Source: Candidatus Margulisiibacteriota bacterium
GTDB taxonomy: Bacteria > Margulisbacteria > WOR-1 > O2-12-FULL-45-9
Assembly (NCBI GenBank): GCA_041658745.1
Contig: JBAZZP010000003.1
Coordinates: 83,423 to 147,422 of the forward strand
DNA: 64,000 nucleotides
Direction: 5' to 3'
Position numbers and translations under genes: made by a program. The first letter of the stretch is position 1. The number at the start of each line of letters is the position of its first letter. The notes under the pieces were generated by a model. That model was not told the DNA's origin, searched no databases, and was given only the letters and a program-made list of their open reading frames with translations. Below, one piece after another: positions 17,401 to 25,292 of this stretch.

Positions 17401-18519
17401 CTACCTCAAGTAAGGGGAGGGATTAACTGGTTTTCCATTTTTGCGGATTTCAAAATGCAAATGCGGACCGGTCGAATAGCCAGTACTGCCCTCAAGCCCA
17501 ATGGTTTGGCCCTTTTCTACCGCCAACCCCACCGTGGCATAAATTTTGGACATATGGCCATAGACAGTAGAAAAACCCTTCCCATGATCAATTACTACCG
17601 CCTTTCCATAACCATCCCACCAACCAGCAAAAATAACTTCCCCCGCGTCAGCCGCTTTAATCGGCGTCCCATACGAAGTAGCAATATCAATTCCAGTATG
17701 CATATTACGCCCACCCCAAAAAGGACTGCGCCGATAGCCAAAAACCGAAGTAATTCGGCCACGCATTGGCCAAGCAAATTGTCCACTCCCCTGTACTCCT
17801 TCGCCTTTTCGGGAAGCAACCGATTTTACAATTAATCTTTCGAGATCGGCGGAGCTCTTCTCGAGCTCTGCAATCTGAGCTTCATACTGTGCTTTTCTGT
17901 CTTCAAGTGAAGAAAATAATTTCTTTTTTTCTTCTGCCTTAATGGTATATTCTTGTTTTTGGACTTCCACCACCCTTGCCAATTGTTTAATCTCGGTAGT
18001 TTTATCTTCTAATATTTTTTTCTTCTGCTCTACAATTTGCACGTCTTCCCGCACCCCAATAACCAAACGGGCATCAGAGGCAATAATTTTTGAGAAGAAG
18101 TAGAGCCGGTTAAAAAAATCGGACATAGAACGTGAAGTGACAATTAACTCCAAATAGCTCATCCCGCTAGATTTATAGATTTCTTGTAAGCGTCTCTTGA
18201 GCTTGGTCTCTTTTGCTTTTAACACTTTTGATCTTGCAGTTATCTCCGAACCCAAAACAATGGTTTGGGTTTCATTCACCACGATCTTCTTTTGAGCCCG
18301 ATTTAAGGTTTGTTGCGTTTTTCTGATTTCTTTACGAATAACAGCTAATTTACCCAAAACATCCTGCTGCTCTGCCTTGGTTTGGTGTAATTTTCTTTTA
18401 CTCTCGATTAATTGTTTTTGGATGGCTTCAAGTTTTTGTTGGGGGGTAAGTTCGTCAGCGTATAACGCTGGCGAAAAAATAACAATTAAACAATAAAGAA
18501 TTAGCGCCGCTAATTTCAT
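17401..18519 (-). CDS. coiled-coil M23 peptidase (EnvC-like murein hydrolase activator/peptidase)
   Basis: Signal peptide MKLAALILYCLIVIFSPALYA, a long coiled coil, and HTGIDI..GSTGYSTGPHLHFEI. I prefer the internal ATG at 18519. Confidence 0.8.
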   Translation of the reverse strand: MKLAALILYCLIVIFSPALYADELTPQQKLEAIQKQLIESKRKLHQTKAEQQDVLGKLAVIRKEIRKTQQTLNRAQKKIVVNETQTIVLGSEITARSKVLKAKETKLKRRLQEIYKSSGMSYLELIVTSRSMSDFFNRLYFFSKIIASDARLVIGVREDVQIVEQKKKILEDKTTEIKQLARVVEVQKQEYTIKAEEKKKLFSSLEDRKAQYEAQIAELEKSSADLERLIVKSVASRKGEGVQGSGQFAWPMRGRITSVFGYRRSPFWGGRNMHTGIDIATSYGTPIKAADAGEVIFAGWWDGYGKAVVIDHGKGFSTVYGHMSKIYATVGLAVEKGQTIGLEGSTGYSTGPHLHFEIRKNGKPVNPSPYLR

Positions 18520-18629
18520 GAGAATATCATCATAACATAACCTAAACCTGCAAAACAAGGCTAAAGAAACAAGCCTTAGCGGGGGCGTATATGACACTCT
18601 CGTGGCCAACAATGAAGAGAAGGCTGACT

Positions 18630-20552
18630 TTAGCGGAAATCGGTGTCAAATTCTATCCCGTTTGCGTGATTCTCTTTGATATAAGTATAAATATCAATTA
18701 AGTTTTGTCGCAAAGCAGCGCGATCGGGAGTTTGACTATAAATAACTCTAAAAACACGGTTTAAAGATTCGCTCCTAAACGGTTCATTTTGTAAAGATTC
18801 TTCCATAGCTGAAGGATTAAGGGCAAATAAAGCAATGATTCTTCGGTAAGTGGCTGGAAATATTGTATAAGCCATCCCCGCGGATGCAATCCCCTCATCC
18901 GGTGCATCTTTTGGATGCCCTGCCCATGGATAATAATCCAGCAATACCGAGTCATCCAACAAATCCCACGTACCTAAACTTCGTCCTGCATAATAAAGAT
19001 TTAAATACTTTTCTTTCGTCGGGGTATAAGGGTGTTCACTGTATGGGGTATAACTGTAATCATAAAATCCGTGGCTTAGTTCGTGAGCAACAACCGTAGC
19101 CAAGACAAGCTCAAATTCCTCTGGCAAGGGAGAAAGTGGCACGCGACTGTCAATGCCTATTGCCGGACCCAATCCTACGCCACTCCCACCAAAAGGAGTT
19201 GGCATACAATCATCAATTTTAAAATAAATACCATTACGTTTGAATATCACTAATCTATCGGCCAAATTAGAAATAACCGTTGAATTAGCTAAGGGAATGG
19301 CACCTCCCAAAAAGATAAAGCTCTTTCCTTTTAAGTTAATGGTTTGTGAAGATTGCCCCTCAACGACATTAATATCCTGACATTCCTTCCCAACTGGAGG
19401 TTCCAAAGACACCCCAGCCAGGGATGATCTCCAGTTGTCACCTTGCGCCAATAAATCGATAAAACGCAGTGTTAGTTCTGTTGCCTTGGCCACAGCTTCC
19501 ATGTTTGGAACCATTATGTCTGCGGCAGTATGAGCCACAAGATTGCCAGGATAAGCACTACCGGCCGGTCCTGGTCCGCCATTTTCTGAAATCATTACTG
19601 ATGGAATACCCTTAAGATAAAATTGTCCCTGATCGCTGCTCATGGCAGCTAAAGGATCATTGATTAAATCGGTAACAACTCCAGCGCTATCGTTAACCTG
19701 ATGCAATATGTCCATGAGCCGCCCAGAAATTCCCTTTCCACCCAGAACCAGGCGATCGGTCAAGGGATTCCCTCCCAACGTATCCAGATTGATAACTCCC
19801 AAAATAGAAGGATCATTTTGCTCTAGCACAGCTGTATAAGCCTTGCTGCCAAGTTGGCCATATTCTTCACCATCAAAGGCAATCAGCTCAATGTCAAAGG
19901 GGAGCTGGTAATTCCGCAAATTCATTGCGATTTCAAGCAATGCGGCAACACCCGAAGCATTGTCATCCGCTCCGGGCGCAAATTCATTGTTTATCCCCTC
20001 TCCAATAGAATCAAAGTGAGCACAAATTATTAATCTTAGGCCTAAAGCTTCCCTCCCTGGAATTCTGGCAATCACATTGTGTAATTCACCAATATTTATA
20101 CCAGGGAGATCATACTTCAGAGACAGCCTGGCAGAATCGTCAATTGGAATCGTCACAGATTCTACTGTAGCCCTACCACCTAAGGCTCGATACAAAGTAT
20201 CATAAATAAATTGTCTTGCAGCTTCATTCCCTTCCGTAAAAATACGTCTTGGCATCAATGACAAAATACGAATGCTTTCTGCAATCCTCTGCCGATCAAC
20301 CTGGCAATGGACAACACTCCCGGCAACCCTTCCTCCCCCACAACCTCGCCGTAGCAATCTCCTTCTGGAAACGCCAACATTGTTGTCTCTTGGTTTTGGG
20401 TTTGCGTGTGATTGATTCATAGGTTGATTTTGTGTGACTAATTCTTGATTTGAATTATTAGTTTCCATGGTAGAAAAAGGGCTAATTGTCTTTAGGCAAC
20501 TGAAAAAGTTGGCACTATTGCTGTTTAAACAATATTGTATTTTATCTGTCAT
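18630..20552 (-). CDS. M28-family aminopeptidase domain fused to a C-terminal HExxH metalloprotease-like domain
   Basis: The M28 part shows ICAHFDS, GADDNASGVAALLEIA and FDGEEYGQLGS. The C-terminal third contains VAHELSHGF. The N-terminus is Q/N-rich and has no clear signal peptide. Confidence 0.65.
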   Translation of the reverse strand: MTDKIQYCLNSNSANFFSCLKTISPFSTMETNNSNQELVTQNQPMNQSHANPKPRDNNVGVSRRRLLRRGCGGGRVAGSVVHCQVDRQRIAESIRILSLMPRRIFTEGNEAARQFIYDTLYRALGGRATVESVTIPIDDSARLSLKYDLPGINIGELHNVIARIPGREALGLRLIICAHFDSIGEGINNEFAPGADDNASGVAALLEIAMNLRNYQLPFDIELIAFDGEEYGQLGSKAYTAVLEQNDPSILGVINLDTLGGNPLTDRLVLGGKGISGRLMDILHQVNDSAGVVTDLINDPLAAMSSDQGQFYLKGIPSVMISENGGPGPAGSAYPGNLVAHTAADIMVPNMEAVAKATELTLRFIDLLAQGDNWRSSLAGVSLEPPVGKECQDINVVEGQSSQTINLKGKSFIFLGGAIPLANSTVISNLADRLVIFKRNGIYFKIDDCMPTPFGGSGVGLGPAIGIDSRVPLSPLPEEFELVLATVVAHELSHGFYDYSYTPYSEHPYTPTKEKYLNLYYAGRSLGTWDLLDDSVLLDYYPWAGHPKDAPDEGIASAGMAYTIFPATYRRIIALFALNPSAMEESLQNEPFRSESLNRVFRVIYSQTPDRAALRQNLIDIYTYIKENHANGIEFDTDFR

Positions 20553-20679
20553 GTTTTCCTTATTTCCTTATAAACAAGTAATTAATTATTTTACTAGCTT
20601 GCCCCCATGCGTTGAATTAATCCCTTCCCTTAAAGGTTCGTGATTTTTTCACTTCCACCAACATCCTCAACAGTAATAT

Positions 20680-20706
20680 ATCGCTACTTCCTTCAGTATA
20701 TTTCAC
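20680..20706 (-). promoter_or_regulatory. ECF-sigma-like promoter box GTGAAAT-N16-CGAT, 127 nt upstream of the M28 peptidase ATG
   Basis: The coding strand reads TGTGAAAT-atactgaaggaagtag-CGAT. The leader ends with an AAGGAAA SD. Confidence 0.45.
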
Positions 20707-20810
20707 ATTATCGCATGTGACCGAGAAATGATTAGGGACATGGTTCCCCTCTGAATCTGGCAAAAATCGGGTTTTAAGACGGCAAAAGTGTGTTTAGGCT
20801 GAGTCATATT

Positions 20811-22073
20811 CTACATAAACAATCTTTGGCTGCGTTTTTGGCGATGGAAAGTAATCGCAAAACGATGGGCTTCATCACGGATCCTTTGCAGTAGCATTAG
20901 CGCAGCAGAATGTTTTTCCAAAACTAGTGAATTTCTTTTATTTGGCATAAATATTTCCTCTTCCCGCTTGGCAAGGCTAATCAACGGTAAATCTAATCTG
21001 TTTGCTACGGATAGAGCTTTTAGCGCCGCTCCAAGCTGAGGCTTTCCCCCATCAATTAAGATTAAATCAGGCCAAGGAAGCTTTTTAGTTAGAGAATTAG
21101 AGTACCGCCGTTTAACAATTTCATAAATAGCAGCGGCATCGTTTGGATCAGGTCCAACTGTTTTAAGATTAAAACGGCGATAATCCCTTTTTAAAGGAAT
21201 TCCTCCCTGAAAAACCACCATAGATCCGACCATGTTGGATCCTTGAATATTTGAAACATCAAAGGCTTCAATCCGCATAGGAATTTTTGAAAGCCCTAAT
21301 GCTTTTTGTAGATCGTTTAATACGCTTACTCGCTGGCCTCCAGCTGGCCTTTCCAAATCTTTTGCTTCTAGCAACTTTTCCAATTGTTCCACTCGATCCC
21401 TTAACATACCTGCCCGCTCATAGTTTTGCTCTTGTGCTGCCTTTTTCATTTCATCATTGAGTTTAACAATTGCTTTATCACTCTTTCCTTCCAACAGCAG
21501 AATAATGCTCTGTATTAACTGCCTGTAGGCGGCATGACTTATCTGTTGCAAACATGGAGCAGCACAACTGCCAATCCGGCCAAACAAACAAGGTTGCGTT
21601 CTTGGTTTCAATGTCACTTCTTTGCACCATCTGACCGGATAAGTTTTTTTAATTAGCCCCAAAATAGTTTTTACCATCCCGCCACGATAGGGCCCAAAAT
21701 AACGAGCACCATCACTTTCTTTTCGACGAACCATAAAAACCCGCGGCCATTCTTCCTTAATAGTTATTTTGATATAGGGATAAGTTTTATCATCTTTTAA
21801 AACAATGTTATAGCGTGGTTGATATTTTTTGATTAGCTTATTTTCTAATATCAAGGCATCCATTTCGGAGGCAGTAAGGATCCAATCCAAATCATAAAGA
21901 CGGGTTAATAAAATAGCGGTTTTTAAATCATTGCCCTTTTTAAAATAGGAGAAAACTCGTTTGCGCAAAGACTTGGCTTTGCCAACATATATAATGTCAC
22001 CATTTTGGTTTTTAAAAAGATAAACACCCGCCGTTTCCGGCAAGGATTTAATTTTATCCTTCAAGGAAAACAT
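20811..22073 (-). CDS. uvrC: compact UvrC-like excinuclease subunit (GIY-YIG + UVR + RNase H-like endonuclease domain, no C-terminal HhH2)
   Basis: Motifs GVYLFKNQNGDIIYVGKAKSLRKRV, the Cys cluster, UVR motif YERAGMLRDRVEQLE, RIEAFDVSNIQGS and DEAHRFAITFHR. It ends at 420 aa. Confidence 0.75.
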   Translation of the reverse strand: MFSLKDKIKSLPETAGVYLFKNQNGDIIYVGKAKSLRKRVFSYFKKGNDLKTAILLTRLYDLDWILTASEMDALILENKLIKKYQPRYNIVLKDDKTYPYIKITIKEEWPRVFMVRRKESDGARYFGPYRGGMVKTILGLIKKTYPVRWCKEVTLKPRTQPCLFGRIGSCAAPCLQQISHAAYRQLIQSIILLLEGKSDKAIVKLNDEMKKAAQEQNYERAGMLRDRVEQLEKLLEAKDLERPAGGQRVSVLNDLQKALGLSKIPMRIEAFDVSNIQGSNMVGSMVVFQGGIPLKRDYRRFNLKTVGPDPNDAAAIYEIVKRRYSNSLTKKLPWPDLILIDGGKPQLGAALKALSVANRLDLPLISLAKREEEIFMPNKRNSLVLEKHSAALMLLQRIRDEAHRFAITFHRQKRSQRLFM

Positions 22074-22528
22074 TATTCTTTTGGAGTAGCAACCACCTTA
22101 ACACGTACTTGCGCAGAAATATCTTTGTAAATTTTAATTTTGGCGTTATAATCACCAATCATTTTGATTGGAGCACTTAGTTCAACTTTCTTCTTCTCAA
22201 CTTCTATGCCAGCAGTGGAGCTAATTGCCTCAACGATGTCTTGAGTGGTAACAGAGCCAAATAATTTGCCCTCTTCGCCAGCGTCCGCAGCAATTTCAAC
22301 GGTCACATCAGATAATTTTTTGGCCATGGCTTCAAATTCATGTCTTCTCGCTTCCAAGGCCTTTTCGCGTAGCGTTATCCGTTTGGCACCGGCAGCAACG
22401 GCACCTTTAGTTGCCCGTAAAGCAATCCCGCGAGGCAACAAATAATTGCGCGCATACCCATCAGCAACGTCCATCACACTATCAACTTCACTCAAATTAG
22501 CTAATTCTTTCTTGATAATTACTTTCAT
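22073..22528 (-). CDS. rplI: 50S ribosomal protein L9
   Basis: MKVIIKKELANL..DGYARNYLLPRGIA. I prefer the ATG at 22528, which is 1 nt after the rpsR stop. Confidence 0.9.
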   Translation of the reverse strand: MKVIIKKELANLSEVDSVMDVADGYARNYLLPRGIALRATKGAVAAGAKRITLREKALEARRHEFEAMAKKLSDVTVEIAADAGEEGKLFGSVTTQDIVEAISSTAGIEVEKKKVELSAPIKMIGDYNAKIKIYKDISAQVRVKVVATPKE

Positions 22529-22529
22529 A

Positions 22530-22787
22530 TTATTCCACCGTATATGGGACAAGCCCCATCTGCCTTGATTTTTTTACTATCGCTGACACCATCCGCTGAT
22601 GAAGAGCACAACATCCGCTCATCCGGCGAGGAGCAATTTTGCCGCGGTCAGTTACAAAGCGGCGTACAAAATTAACATCCTTATAATCTAATGTTTTTTT
22701 GTCGATACAAAACATGCACGGCTTCCTTTTCATCGGCTTCTTATACGTTTGCGGTTTACTTGGTTTTCTTCTTTCTCGATTACTCAT
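22530..22787 (-). CDS. rpsR: 30S ribosomal protein S18
   Basis: 85 aa. Motifs CMFC..IDYKDVNFVRRFVTDRGKIAPRRMSG.CA.HQR. Confidence 0.92.
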   Translation of the reverse strand: MSNRERRKPSKPQTYKKPMKRKPCMFCIDKKTLDYKDVNFVRRFVTDRGKIAPRRMSGCCALHQRMVSAIVKKSRQMGLVPYTVE

Positions 22788-22804
22788 CTATTTCTCCTTG
22801 ATAT

Positions 22805-23269
22805 TTAAAAAGGTATTTCGTCAATTTCTTTACTCTCGTCCCCTTCAATGGCCATTACGGGCCCTTTCTTCCCTTCCTCTCCCTCATGGGCCTTCACGGG
22901 CCCTTTGTCCCCCTCTTCTCTTTTTCCCAACATTTGGATATTATCCGCGATAACTTCGACCATGCTTCTTTTTTCGCCATCTCGTCCCACAAAATTACTG
23001 ACCTGCAGCCGGCCTTCTACCGCCACCGGTCGGCCTTTTTTAAGGTATTCGCCCACAATTTCGGCGGTTCTTCTCCATGCAACAATATTTATAAAATCCA
23101 CATCCTGGTTGGCAGATGAAGAATCATGCCCCGTAGCTTCTTGGGATTCTTCCTTGCGTTTAAACCGGTTTACCGCAACCGTAAAACGACAGACAGGAAT
23201 CCCCGAAGTGGTATAGCGAAGCTCCGGATCCCTCGTTAAATTCCCAATTATAAAAACTTTATTATACAT
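22805..23269 (-). CDS. ssb: single-stranded DNA-binding protein (paralogue 2, with internal 13-aa tandem duplication)
   Basis: OB fold MYNKVFIIGNLTRDPELRYT..CRFTVAVNR..FINIVAWR, with the acidic tip DEIPF. Confidence 0.85.
   Translation of the reverse strand: MYNKVFIIGNLTRDPELRYTTSGIPVCRFTVAVNRFKRKEESQEATGHDSSSANQDVDFINIVAWRRTAEIVGEYLKKGRPVAVEGRLQVSNFVGRDGEKRSMVEVIADNIQMLGKREEGDKGPVKAHEGEEGKKGPVMAIEGDESKEIDEIPF
22841..22918. repeat. 2 x 39-nt tandem duplication inside ssb paralogue 2
   Basis: It encodes EEGDKGPVKAHEG / EEGKKGPVMAIEG. An exact 14-mer, ccctcatgggcctt (22881-22894), recurs intergenically at 23298-23311. Confidence 0.7.
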
Positions 23270-23314
23270 GCCATATACCCTTAATCGCCTTTATGGGCCC
23301 TCATGGGCCTTTTA

Positions 23315-23737
23315 CTAAAAAGGCAAATCGTTATCTAAGTCAGCGTCATCCACCACATCTTCGGCGGCAGCAACACTGGCAAGCGTCGGTTTAGCAGCGT
23401 GTTGGTGATCAGCTCCCAGCAAAAAAACATCTTTCGCTACGACTTCAGTTACCCATTTCCGTTTCCCGCCTTGGTCATCAAAAGAGCGGACCTGAATTCG
23501 TCCTTCAACTAAGACCATTTGGCCGGATTTTAATTTTGCACTGCCTTCGGCAACATTGCGCCAGGCAATAATATCAATTAAATCAGAACCAGATTGGATC
23601 GGCGTTGGTTGTCCTAAAGAAGCCCGCCTCTCAACCAGCAATTTAAATTTGGTCATGGCCAAACCGTCCATCGTAGCACGCGCCTCGGCATCTGTAGCCA
23701 GTTTACCTGACAAAATAATACGGTTTAAACTAGCCAA
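23315..23737 (-). CDS. ssb: single-stranded DNA-binding protein (paralogue 1)
   Basis: OB fold NRIILSGKLATDAE..DIIAWRNVAE..VEGRIQVRSF, with the acidic tip DNDLPF. Confidence 0.85.
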   Translation of the reverse strand: MASLNRIILSGKLATDAEARATMDGLAMTKFKLLVERRASLGQPTPIQSGSDLIDIIAWRNVAEGSAKLKSGQMVLVEGRIQVRSFDDQGGKRKWVTEVVAKDVFLLGADHQHAAKPTLASVAAAEDVVDDADLDNDLPF

Positions 23738-24092
23738 TGGCCTTTACTTCCTCTTTTGGCTGTGGGACGCCTTGAATTTCGGCAAGAGCGGCTTCTTTTT
23801 CTTCTGCACGGTAGACCGAATAGCGAAAAACGTCTTCGGTAACTTTTAAGAAATATTGCAATTCGGCTGGTAAAGTGGAAGGAGCATCAAAGAATAGCAT
23901 TACATAGTAAACATATTGCATTTTTTGGGCTTTCTTAAAAAGATTAGGCAAGCGCTTACTTCCCCACTTTTCGGTCTTTTTCATCTCGCCACCCAAACTT
24001 TTGATCTTATCTTCAATCTTTTTAATCAATAAATCAATTTTTTCTTCGCCCAGCACCGGATCAAATATCAACAACGATTCATACGCATTCAA
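23730..24092 (-). CDS. rpsF: 30S ribosomal protein S6
   Basis: MNAYESLLIFDP..EKWGSKRL, in the rpsF-ssb-rpsR-rplI context. Confidence 0.9.
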   Translation of the reverse strand: MNAYESLLIFDPVLGEEKIDLLIKKIEDKIKSLGGEMKKTEKWGSKRLPNLFKKAQKMQYVYYVMLFFDAPSTLPAELQYFLKVTEDVFRYSVYRAEEKEAALAEIQGVPQPKEEVKAIG

Positions 24093-24173
24093 AGTAAAAC
24101 CCTCCTTATGGCAGATGCAGAATGGTAATTATAGCATAAAAGTGGCTATTTGGGCAAATAGGATGGTCAATCA

Positions 24174-25259
24174 CTACACATTAAACTTAACAATGATCAC
24201 ATCGCCATCTTGAATGGTATAACTCTTCCCTTCAGTGCGCAGTAAGCCTTTTTCGCGAGCCTTAGCCCAAGTAACGCAGTCAATTAAATCTTGCCAATTG
24301 ATTACTTCATCCGCAATAAAGCCTCTTTCCATATCAGAATGGATTTTGCCGGCAGCTTGGGGAGCCTTCGTCCCTTTTTGTACAGTCCAAGCCCGAGATT
24401 CTTTTTCGCCCGCCGTAAAAAAAGTGATTAAATCCAACAATTCATAGCCGGTACGGATTAATTGGTGCAAAGCCGATTCTTTTACCCCCATCTCCAACAA
24501 ATAAGCCTTGGCATCTTCATCAGACAATTCAGCAATTTCAGATTCAAGTTTGGATGAAATGCTAATCACTTTGGCATTTTCAGCTTTAGCAATTTTTTCA
24601 ACAATGGCTACTTGCTCTTTACTGCCTGACTCATCAACATTGGCTACATATAATACCGGTTTTTGGGTTAGGAGTGAAAACCCGACCAATAAAGCCCTTT
24701 CGTCTTCGGTTAAATTTGACTCACGAGCCGGCTTTCCAGCCTCTAAAACACTTTTAAGCCGATTTAAGATTTCGGTTTCTTTAGCGGTTTTCTTATCCCC
24801 GCTGCGAGCCTTGGCAGCAACGGCCGATAAACGTTTTTCTACTTGCGCTAAATCAGCCAATATCAGTTCTAGATTAATAATTTCGATATCTCTTGCGGGA
24901 TCAACATTGCCTGCCACATGAATAATTTCATCATTTTCAAAGCAACGGACAACGTGGGCAATCGCGTCTACCTCGCGGATATGGGCCAAAAATTTATTGC
25001 CTAACCCCTCCCCCTCATGCGCCCCTTTGACTAACCCCGCGATATCGTAGAACTCTATATATGTAGGGACCGTCTTCTTGGAGGCAAAGAGCTGGGACAG
25101 TTTAATCAGCCGTTCATCGGGGACTTCTACTACCCCAACATTGGGATCGATCGTGCAAAAGGGATAATTGGACGCCTCGGCCTTGGCGCGGGAGAGCGCA
25201 TTAAATAAGGTGGATTTCCCAACGTTCGGCAAACCAACAATTCCTAAAGATAAAGCCAT
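24174..25259 (-). CDS. ychF: ribosome-binding ATPase YchF
   Basis: Motifs [17 protein letters not shown] and FCTIDPNVG, plus a C-terminal TGS-like region ending in [11 protein letters not shown]. Confidence 0.92.
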   Translation of the reverse strand: MALSLGIVGLPNVGKSTLFNALSRAKAEASNYPFCTIDPNVGVVEVPDERLIKLSQLFASKKTVPTYIEFYDIAGLVKGAHEGEGLGNKFLAHIREVDAIAHVVRCFENDEIIHVAGNVDPARDIEIINLELILADLAQVEKRLSAVAAKARSGDKKTAKETEILNRLKSVLEAGKPARESNLTEDERALLVGFSLLTQKPVLYVANVDESGSKEQVAIVEKIAKAENAKVISISSKLESEIAELSDEDAKAYLLEMGVKESALHQLIRTGYELLDLITFFTAGEKESRAWTVQKGTKAPQAAGKIHSDMERGFIADEVINWQDLIDCVTWAKAREKGLLRTEGKSYTIQDGDVIIVKFNV

Positions 25260-25292
25260 ATTTTTAGTATAACACAGACCAGTGTCTTTGAA

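Noticed and set aside
17393-17420. The hairpin CCCCT(T)AC-TTGAG-GTAGGGG at the end of the M23 peptidase gene, considered as an intrinsic terminator.
   Set aside because: On the transcribed (minus) strand it is followed by A-rich rather than U-rich sequence. It overlaps the last codons (PSPYLR-stop), and the downstream ctpA has its own TATAAT and SD close by. It is not a canonical terminator.
20553-20810. A 258-nt spacer after the short uvrC. I looked for a remnant of the missing HhH2 domain, or for a tRNA or ncRNA.
   Set aside because: Translations of the minus strand show nothing resembling the UvrC C-terminus. There is no tRNA-like T-arm (GGTTCGAATCC) or obvious conserved structure. The region is better explained as promoter plus leader of the M28 peptidase gene.
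24146-24161. The palindrome CTATTTG-GG-CAAATAG upstream of rpsF, considered as an S6:S18 autoregulatory leader or an operator.
   Set aside because: The arms are only 7 bp and AT-rich, and the palindrome lies upstream of the best -10 candidate (TATAAT), so it is probably not transcribed. I cannot match it to the known rpsF leader motif by eye.
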